Source: an uncultured Bacillota bacterium
GTDB taxonomy: Bacteria; Bacillota_I; Bacilli_A; RFN20; CAG-288
Reading direction: 5' to 3'
DNA: 64,000 nt
Assembly (NCBI GenBank): GCA_949300365.1
Contig: CASGEC010000006.1
Coordinates: forward strand, 137,253 to 201,252
The translations under genes and the position numbers were made by a program. This document shows, in pieces, positions 54,194 to 61,268 of this stretch (position 1 is its first letter; each line of letters starts with the position of its first letter). Under the pieces are notes generated by a model that was not told where the DNA came from, did not search any database, and saw only the letters and a list, made by a program, of their open reading frames with translations.

Positions 54194-55566
54194 TTCAGGA
54201 AGAAGCGAAGCAGTCTTTCGTAAAGACGGGACTTGTAGGGTTGATAGCGCATCGGAAGGTCGATGATCCGTTTCTTGTCGACGATGCTCTTCTGATGGGA
54301 GAAGGTATCGAAGCCGACCTTTCCGTGATAGGCACCCATTCCGCTATTCCCGATGCCGCCAAAGCCCATCTCGCTGTTGGCAAGATGGATGACGACGTCG
54401 TTGACGCACCCGCCGCCAAAGGCGACCTTCCTCAATGTTGTGCGGATGATCTTCTTGTCGCAGGAGAAGATATAGAGGGCAAGAGGAGTTGGGTTTTTGT
54501 CGATGATATCGAAGACTTCGTCATAGTTCTCGTAGGTCAGAATCGGAAGGATGGGGCCGAAGATCTCCTCGCCCATGATGCTGCTTTCCAGTGTGACATC
54601 ATCGAGGATCGTCGGCTCGATCTTCTCGTCTTCCCTATCCCCTTTTCCGCCGAAGGCGACCTTTCCCTTCTGGATGTGCGCCATGAGACGGTCATAGTGC
54701 TTGGCGTTGATGATCTTTCCGTAGTCCGGATTGGAAAGGGGATCCTCTCCGTACTGACGGAGGATTTCCTTCTTCAGGGCTTCAAGCAGGGCCGGCTTAA
54801 TTGCCTTGTCGCAGAGGATATAATCCGGAGCGACACAGGTCTGTCCGCAATTGAGGTATTTTCCAAAGACGATCCTTCTTGCGGCAAGAGGGATGTCTGC
54901 TGTTTTCTCGACGATGCACGGGCTCTTTCCACCCAGTTCCAGAACACAGGGCGTCAGGTTTGCGGCGGCTCTCTCCAGAATCATCTGTCCCACTCTCTTC
55001 GATCCGGTGAAGAAGATGAAGTCCAGCTTCTGCTCGAGCAGTCTTGTGGCCAAGGCGTGATCTCCGCGGACCATGGCCACATAGTTTTCATCGAAGGCTT
55101 CCTTGAGCATTTCTTCCATGGCGGCACTGACTTCCGGTGTCGATTCGCTCGGCTTGAGGATGATGGTGTTTCCGGCGGCGATGGCATCGGCAAGGGGTTC
55201 GATCGTCAGCATGAAAGGATAGTTCCACGGGCTGAGGATGAGGCATGTTCCACGCGGCGAAGGAAGGACAAAGCTTCTGGACAGGAACTGAGAGAGAGGC
55301 GTATGAACCCGTTTTTCCTTGCTGAAGGATTTGACGTGGCGGATGAGATAGCTGATTTCGGCCTTGCTGAGTCCGACTTCGCACATATAGGATTCGTAGA
55401 CGCTCTTTCCGAGGTCCTTCTGCATGGCCTTGTTGATCCTGTCCTCGTGCTTGTCGATGACTTCATAGAGCCTTTTCAGCATCCGGATACGGAAGTCGAC
55501 GTCAAGGGTCTTTCCGCTCCGGAAGAATTCCTTCTGGCTTTCGACGATTCTTTCGATATCAGGCAT
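54190..55566 (-). CDS. Aldehyde dehydrogenase (ALDH class-3-like, NAD(P)+)
   Basis: 458 aa. SPWNYPF, FTGSKRVG, ELGGKSP (catalytic Glu), GQTCVAPDY (catalytic Cys), EEIFGPILPI. Confidence 0.9.
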   Translation of the reverse strand: MPDIERIVESQKEFFRSGKTLDVDFRIRMLKRLYEVIDKHEDRINKAMQKDLGKSVYESYMCEVGLSKAEISYLIRHVKSFSKEKRVHTPLSQFLSRSFVLPSPRGTCLILSPWNYPFMLTIEPLADAIAAGNTIILKPSESTPEVSAAMEEMLKEAFDENYVAMVRGDHALATRLLEQKLDFIFFTGSKRVGQMILERAAANLTPCVLELGGKSPCIVEKTADIPLAARRIVFGKYLNCGQTCVAPDYILCDKAIKPALLEALKKEILRQYGEDPLSNPDYGKIINAKHYDRLMAHIQKGKVAFGGKGDREDEKIEPTILDDVTLESSIMGEEIFGPILPILTYENYDEVFDIIDKNPTPLALYIFSCDKKIIRTTLRKVAFGGGCVNDVVIHLANSEMGFGGIGNSGMGAYHGKVGFDTFSHQKSIVDKKRIIDLPMRYQPYKSRLYERLLRFFLK

Positions 55567-56770
55567 CTTTTTCTCCTTTCAGGACGTAATAGAATTTCTC
55601 CAGTTCCTTGGCGTTCATCAGCTTCGGGACAGGATAGAGAGGATTGGCTTCCTTGGCGGCATGCTTTGCCATCACCGGGATGTCCTTTTCCTGGATCTGT
55701 GGGAAAGTGGTCGGGATGTTCATCTTCCTGTTGAGCTCCTCGATGGCGGCGATGTATTTCCTTGCGCCGGATTCGACGGTGTCCGTCTTTTCAAGGATGC
55801 CGGCAGCCTGGGCCAGAAGATAGAGTCTCTTCTCCGCCTTCTTCCCATAGGCCTTGAGGATATAGGGCATGATGGCGGCGTTGGCTAGGCCATGGGGGAT
55901 GTTGTATTCTCCACCGAGGGAGTGGGCGATGGCGTGGATATAGCCGACATAGGATTTGGAGAAGGCGATGCCGGCCTTGTAGGAAGCCATGAGCATGTTC
56001 TTTCTGGCTTCTAAGTCCTCTGGATGCTCATAGACCTTAAGGATATTGTCGAAGATAAGTCTTACGGCTTCCTTGGAAAGGCGTTCTGTCTCCTTGCTGG
56101 TCGATCTTCCGATGAAGGCTTCCGTCGCATGGGTCAGGGCATCCATTCCGGTCGTAGATGTCATGTGCGGCGGAAGGGAGAGGGTGACCTTCGGATCGAG
56201 GATGGCATAGGAGGGAATCAAGGAGAAGCTGTTGATGGTGTATTTGTATTTCGTCTCCGAATCGGTGATGACGGACGTGATCGTGACTTCGCTTCCCGTG
56301 CCGGCTGTCGTCGGAATGGCAATAAGCGGTGGGATCTTCCTTAGGACCTTGAGAAGACCTTTCATTTGCTGGATTGTCTTCTTGGGGTAGGCAATCAAGG
56401 AGCCGACACCCTTGGCACAGTCCATCGGCGAGCCACCGCCATAGGCGATCAAGGCTTCGCAATGGTTGTCAAGATAGCTTTTCTTTGCGGCATTGACGTT
56501 GTTGACGGTCGGATTGGCGTTGGTTTCATCATAGATGGCAAGAAGGACGCCGCTTTGCTGGACCTCCTCGACAAGCGTTTTGAAGCCGGCGGTCGAGGCA
56601 AGGCCCTTGTCGGTGACCAAGAGGACAGATTTGACACCGAGGTCCTTGAGAATCGACTTAACGTCCTCAAGGCTGTGATAGACCTTCGGCTCCCGATAGG
56701 GTAGCAGAGGAAGCACCAGATGGAAGCAGGCTTGATAGATTCGGCAAAACGCCTTTGCAAATGGGTTCAT
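55559..56770 (-). CDS. Iron-containing alcohol dehydrogenase
   Basis: 403 aa. AYGGGSPMDCAKG (the GGGS.D.AK motif). Metal-binding His region YIHAIAHSLGGEYNIPHG. Overlaps the ALDH start by 8 nt. Confidence 0.9.
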   Translation of the reverse strand: MNPFAKAFCRIYQACFHLVLPLLPYREPKVYHSLEDVKSILKDLGVKSVLLVTDKGLASTAGFKTLVEEVQQSGVLLAIYDETNANPTVNNVNAAKKSYLDNHCEALIAYGGGSPMDCAKGVGSLIAYPKKTIQQMKGLLKVLRKIPPLIAIPTTAGTGSEVTITSVITDSETKYKYTINSFSLIPSYAILDPKVTLSLPPHMTSTTGMDALTHATEAFIGRSTSKETERLSKEAVRLIFDNILKVYEHPEDLEARKNMLMASYKAGIAFSKSYVGYIHAIAHSLGGEYNIPHGLANAAIMPYILKAYGKKAEKRLYLLAQAAGILEKTDTVESGARKYIAAIEELNRKMNIPTTFPQIQEKDIPVMAKHAAKEANPLYPVPKLMNAKELEKFYYVLKGEKDA

Positions 56771-57201
56771 AAGATCCCCTCCTTGTTCATTCGACTGAGA
56801 TTCCGGACAATGCTATCAAGGGACTTATAGAGACTATCCCTTTCCGCATCGCTTAAATCGGCCCCGGCTTTGTCGACAGCTGTTTCCGCCTTCCTGGAGA
56901 CGATATCGGATATCTCCTTTCCTTCCTTTGTCAGGACATAGAGCCCCCGATATTCCCCGTCCTTGAGAACCAAGCCTCTTTTTTCGAGGATGGCCATCAT
57001 CCTGGAGATATCGGCCTTGTCCTTTCCGAGAAGCTTCGAAAGATCCGGGCCGGTCAATCCTTCCGGATGATTGTTCAAGGCAACCAAGTAAATGGCATGA
57101 GGGCCCTTGAGATGGAAACGGGAAAGCTCCTTGGCAGCGATTCGATGCCAGTAGCGATCGATTTCCGACATCGCCAGCATGAATTTTCCGAAACGGTCCA
57201 T
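56767..57201 (-). CDS. MarR-family transcriptional regulator
   Basis: 144 aa. Winged HTH LTGPDLSKLLGKDKADISRMMAILEKRGLV. ATGA overlap with the adh start. Confidence 0.85.
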   Translation of the reverse strand: MDRFGKFMLAMSEIDRYWHRIAAKELSRFHLKGPHAIYLVALNNHPEGLTGPDLSKLLGKDKADISRMMAILEKRGLVLKDGEYRGLYVLTKEGKEISDIVSRKAETAVDKAGADLSDAERDSLYKSLDSIVRNLSRMNKEGIL

Positions 57202-57216
57202 AGGGCTCTCCTGAAA

Positions 57217-57265
57217 GTTGAAATATCAACATATTCATTATATTCCCAACCCCAGCGATTGCCAA
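57217..57265 (-). promoter_or_regulatory. marR-adh-aldh promoter with a candidate MarR operator
   Basis: On the minus strand: TTGGCA (57265-57260), a 17-nt spacer, then TATAAT (57242-57237). An inverted repeat GTTGA-N4-TCAAC (57217-57230) sits between the -10 and the SD AGGAGA. Confidence 0.65.
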
Positions 57266-57403
57266 ACGGCAAAAGGAAACAGCAAGCTTGTTTCTTCTAC
57301 GATCAAGACACAACCCCTCGGCATGGATCGAAAAAGAAAGGCAGCCCTTAAAAGCAGCCAATTCAGTAATTTTGAAGCAGGTTTGAACAGCAGAAGATGC
57401 AGC

Positions 57404-58945
57404 TTATTCCAGTTCAATCGTTGACGGCGGTTTGGATGTGTAGTCGAAGAGGACTCTGTTGACACCCTTGACTTCGTTGACGATCCTGTCGGCGACCGTG
57501 GAGAGGAATTCGTATGTCAGGCAAGAAGGTCTTGCGGTCATGAAGTCATCGGTTTCGACAGCCCTGAGGACAACGGCATAGTCATAGGTCCTGAAATCGC
57601 CCATGACGCCGACGGAGCGCATATTGGAAAGGGCGGCAAAGTATTGGCTCAGTTTGAATTCCAGGCCGGCTTTCCGGACTTCTTCGCGGAAGATGGCATC
57701 GGCTTCCTGGACGATGTGGATCTTTTCCTTGGTGACTTCACCGATGATGCGGATGCCAAGGCCCGGTCCTGGGAAGGGTTGACGATAGACAAGTTCCTTA
57801 GGAAGACCTAACTGCAGGCCGACTTCTCGAACCTCGTCCTTGAAGAGATAGGAAAGAGGCTCGATCAATCCCTTGAAGCCGATGTCCTTGGGGAGTCCGC
57901 CGACATTGTGGTGGGACTTGATCGTTGCCGAGATGCCAAGGCCGGACTCGATGCGGTCGGGATAGATCGTTCCCTGGGCAAGATAGTCCATCTGGCCGAG
58001 CTTCTTCTTTTCCTCGTTGAAGACTTCGATAAAGGTGCTGCCGATGATCTTTCTTTTCTTTTCCGGCTCGGTGACGCCTTTCAGGCGGGAATAGAAGAGT
58101 TCGCTGGCATCGAAAGGGACGAAATTGAGATCGAATTTGCCGTTGGGGCCAAAGACCTCTTCGACCTGCTTGGCCTCATCCTTTCTCAGAAGGCCGTGAT
58201 CCACGAAGACGCAGGTGAGGTTCTTTCCGATGGCCTTGGCAAGAAGGGCTGCCGTGACGGAAGAATCAACACCTCCCGAGAGGGCGCAGAGAACCTTTCC
58301 ATCTCCGACTTCGGCACGGATCTTCTCTATCTGGTCCTGGATAAAGGAAGACTTGACGAACGTTTGATGACAATGGCAGATATTGACGGCAAAGTTCTCA
58401 AGCATCTTCTGTCCTTCCACGGAATGCTCGACTTCCGGATGGAACTGGGTGGCATAGACCTGTCTTTCGACGTTTTCGAAGGAGCCTGTCGGGCAGACAT
58501 CGGTATGGGACGTCAGGACGAAGCCCTCGGGAATCCTTGCGATATAGTCCGTATGGGACATGAAGACGTTCGTTTCCTTGTGGACGCCCTTAAGAAGAAG
58601 GGAGCCATCATGGACGTGAAGGAGCGTGTTTCCGTACTCGCTTGTCGGCGCTGTCTTGACCTCTCCGCCAAGAAGATAGGCAATCATCTGGGCGCCATAG
58701 CAGATGCCCAGAATCGGCTTTCCAAGCGTGAAGACCTTCTTGTCGATCTTGGGGGAAGAATCCAGGTAGACGGAATTGGGACCGCCCGTGAAAATGATGC
58801 CCTTGACTTCTTCCTTGGCCAGTTCGTCCAAAGAGATGGTATAGGGAACGACTTCCGAGTAGATGTTCAACTGGCGGATACGTCTGGCGATGAGCTGGTT
58901 ATATTGGCCACCGAAGTCGACGACGACGATTTTTTCTTCTGCCAT
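57404..58945 (-). CDS. guaA: GMP synthase (glutamine-hydrolysing)
   Basis: 513 aa from ATG 58945. The track GTG 58954 lies inside the SD GAGGTG. GATase VVDFGGQYNQLIARR, PP-loop SGGVDSS, C-terminal PPSTIELE. Confidence 0.95.
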   Translation of the reverse strand: MAEEKIVVVDFGGQYNQLIARRIRQLNIYSEVVPYTISLDELAKEEVKGIIFTGGPNSVYLDSSPKIDKKVFTLGKPILGICYGAQMIAYLLGGEVKTAPTSEYGNTLLHVHDGSLLLKGVHKETNVFMSHTDYIARIPEGFVLTSHTDVCPTGSFENVERQVYATQFHPEVEHSVEGQKMLENFAVNICHCHQTFVKSSFIQDQIEKIRAEVGDGKVLCALSGGVDSSVTAALLAKAIGKNLTCVFVDHGLLRKDEAKQVEEVFGPNGKFDLNFVPFDASELFYSRLKGVTEPEKKRKIIGSTFIEVFNEEKKKLGQMDYLAQGTIYPDRIESGLGISATIKSHHNVGGLPKDIGFKGLIEPLSYLFKDEVREVGLQLGLPKELVYRQPFPGPGLGIRIIGEVTKEKIHIVQEADAIFREEVRKAGLEFKLSQYFAALSNMRSVGVMGDFRTYDYAVVLRAVETDDFMTARPSCLTYEFLSTVADRIVNEVKGVNRVLFDYTSKPPSTIELE

Positions 58946-59040
58946 TGTTTTCACCTCGACAAGAATTATAGAGGAGAAGACCTCGGAATGGAAACAGGGG
59001 GACGGAAAAGTGTCCGCTGTTGTGCTATAATTCCCTCAAC

Positions 59041-59805
59041 ATGGACAGATCCACGCTTATCGAGAACATCCGATCGATCGACAGGGAAGAAGCCTTTTCC
59101 TTTTTCGAGGGTGGCAAGCCGATTTCAAGCCGTTTCAACCTTCAGGAGGGAAAGACCTTCAACAAGGGATCCAAGAGCACGGACCTGGCCAAGGCGCTCT
59201 ATGCCATCGTTTCCAACCTCTCCATCTTCCGCGCCCAGGGAAAGGACCGCGCCAAGGTCGGACTTGAAAGCTTTGACGTCTTCTTCCGGAAGATAATCGA
59301 AAGGACGACGGATGCCGCAATCGTCCCTTCCCTTGCCGATGAGAAGAAAAAGGCGATGCTTGTCTATGAGTCCTTTCTCTATGGCACAGAAAAGGTGACG
59401 ATGGCCGACATCCTGGCAAGGACGTTCCCGCTTCTTTCAATCAAGCTTTCCCTTGGGGAAGAGGGAATCGACAGGAAGACGTTCCAGGGACTTTCCAAGA
59501 ACAGGGAAGTCATCTTCAACCAAGCGGCCCTTTTCGTCCGTTCCCTTTTCCACTCCTTCTTGACTCTTGAGACGACGGATCCCTTCAAGATAAAGACGGA
59601 TCTCGAGAATCCGGACATGCCCTATTTCATTTATGAAAACACGCTTTTTGTCGGCACGGATAAAGACGCCTTTACCTTGAATTTGCTCAAGGAAGAAATC
59701 ATTGGCAATCTCGAAAAGATAGCAAAGAATTTCTCACTCAAAGACGTTCATAGCATCGCTACGATATTCCTCTTGAGGGAAATCTTTGCCGTGCATGTTC
59801 TTTGA
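59041..59805 (+). CDS. Hypothetical protein
   Basis: 254 aa from ATG 59041. TGCTATAAT (extended -10, 59023-59031) lies 9 nt upstream and there is no SD. Host-like codon usage. I recognise no motif. Confidence 0.55.
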   Translation: MDRSTLIENIRSIDREEAFSFFEGGKPISSRFNLQEGKTFNKGSKSTDLAKALYAIVSNLSIFRAQGKDRAKVGLESFDVFFRKIIERTTDAAIVPSLADEKKKAMLVYESFLYGTEKVTMADILARTFPLLSIKLSLGEEGIDRKTFQGLSKNREVIFNQAALFVRSLFHSFLTLETTDPFKIKTDLENPDMPYFIYENTLFVGTDKDAFTLNLLKEEIIGNLEKIAKNFSLKDVHSIATIFLLREIFAVHVL

Positions 59806-59949
59806 GAATCACACCCAAAAAGAGAGAACCCCTGTCGATGCGGATTCATCAGCGCTCCACAAAGGAGACCTTTTTCCGAGGAAGGCTTCATAGATTCTGA
59901 GCACGGCGCCAAAGCCGATGGACACTCCGAAAACGTATTTCAGGATAGG

Positions 59950-59974
59950 CAAAGGAAAAGCCCCTTTTGGGGCT
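59950..59974 (-). terminator. Rho-independent terminator after the dehydratase-family gene
   Basis: Stem AGCCCC (59959-59964) / GGGGCT (59969-59974), loop TTTT. On the minus strand it is followed by TTTTCCTTT. Confidence 0.7.
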
Positions 59975-59978
59975 GAGT

Positions 59979-61268
59979 CTACTTTCCTTCTCCCTTCTCG
60001 AGGTTTTCCTTGGCGATGGAGAGCATCAGCTTGATGCGGTTTTCCTGGTTGACCTTCGGGGCGCCGGCATCATAGTCGACGGCGACGATGTTGGCCTTGG
60101 GGAAGGTTTCGACGACGCGGCGGATCATGCCTTTTCCGGAGATGTGGTTGGGAAGGCAACCGAAGGGTTGGGTGCAGACGATGTTCTCATAGCCGGATTC
60201 GGCAAGCTCGAGCATCTCGCCGGTCAAGAGCCAGCCTTCGCCCATCTTGTTGCCATAGCCGTTGATGCCGTTGCAGAGTTCCTTGACATGGCTGTACTTT
60301 GCCGGGACCTGGAAGGAGGAGTTGTTCTTGATGGCATCGCAGAAGAGGTTCTGGATCTTCGTGCAGTAGTCGAAGAGCTTCTCGCAGACGAACTTCTTCA
60401 GGCGATGGCCGCCATAGAGCTTGCAGTCGTCGATGCGGTTGTCGATCTTGAAGAGGACGAAGTTGAGCATTCCCGGAAGGTTGACTTCGCAGTCCTGTTC
60501 GCGGAGGAAGCGTTCGAGGTTGTTGTTTCCCAAGGCGGCGTATTTGACGTAGATCTCGCCGACGATGCCGACCTTGACGCGTCTCTTCCCGTCCCTTTCG
60601 ATGCTGTCGAAGTCCTTGGCGATCTTGGTCAGGTTTCTTTCGACGACCTTTATCTTGTAGCCGTCCTTGTGGAGCATCTCGTCGGAGAGGCTTTCGATCC
60701 ATTGCTGGACCTTCTTCTCGGTCTCGCCTTTGTGGACCTCATAGGGTTCGGCCTGGTTCTTCAGGCACATCAGCATGTCGCCGTAGATGACGGCAGCGAC
60801 GGCCCTGCGGATCATCGGAAGCGTGATCTTGAGTCCGGGATTGGGTTCCAGGCCGGAGAGGTTGAGGGAGATGACGGGGATGTAGTCCATGCCTGCCCTC
60901 TTAAGACCCTTCCTTAAGAGCATGATGTAGTTGGAAGCTCGGCATCCGCCACCGGTCTGGGTGATCATCAAGGCGACCTTGTGGAGGTCGTACTTTCCTG
61001 TCATCAGGGCGTGGATCATCTGTCCGCAGCTGAGGATGGCCGGGTAGCACATGTCATTCTGGATGAACTTCAGGCCGGTCTGGGCGATCTCGGGAGAGGT
61101 GTCGGTCAGAAGTTCCGTCTTGTAGCCGTAGTGGGTGAAGACCCTCTGCAGGATGGAAAAGTGGATCGGGGCCATCATGGGGAAGAGGATGGTGTAGTCC
61201 TTCTTCATCTCCGGGGTGAAGATGACACGTCCGGTCTTCTTGTCCCGTTTGAGTTCTTTTTCTTTCAT
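59979..61268 (-). CDS. 2-hydroxyacyl-CoA dehydratase-family / activase-related protein (YjiM-like)
   Basis: 429 aa. NDMCYPAILSCGQMIHAL, MITQTGGGCRASNY, CTQPFGCLPNHISGKG. ATGA overlap with the upstream activase gene. Confidence 0.7.
   Translation of the reverse strand: MKEKELKRDKKTGRVIFTPEMKKDYTILFPMMAPIHFSILQRVFTHYGYKTELLTDTSPEIAQTGLKFIQNDMCYPAILSCGQMIHALMTGKYDLHKVALMITQTGGGCRASNYIMLLRKGLKRAGMDYIPVISLNLSGLEPNPGLKITLPMIRRAVAAVIYGDMLMCLKNQAEPYEVHKGETEKKVQQWIESLSDEMLHKDGYKIKVVERNLTKIAKDFDSIERDGKRRVKVGIVGEIYVKYAALGNNNLERFLREQDCEVNLPGMLNFVLFKIDNRIDDCKLYGGHRLKKFVCEKLFDYCTKIQNLFCDAIKNNSSFQVPAKYSHVKELCNGINGYGNKMGEGWLLTGEMLELAESGYENIVCTQPFGCLPNHISGKGMIRRVVETFPKANIVAVDYDAGAPKVNQENRIKLMLSIAKENLEKGEGK

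Noticed and set aside
58946-59040. A purine/guanine riboswitch upstream of guaA
   Set aside because: The leader is under 30 nt between the candidate -10 (58970-58965, minus strand) and the SD. No aptamer-like conserved junction sequences are visible.
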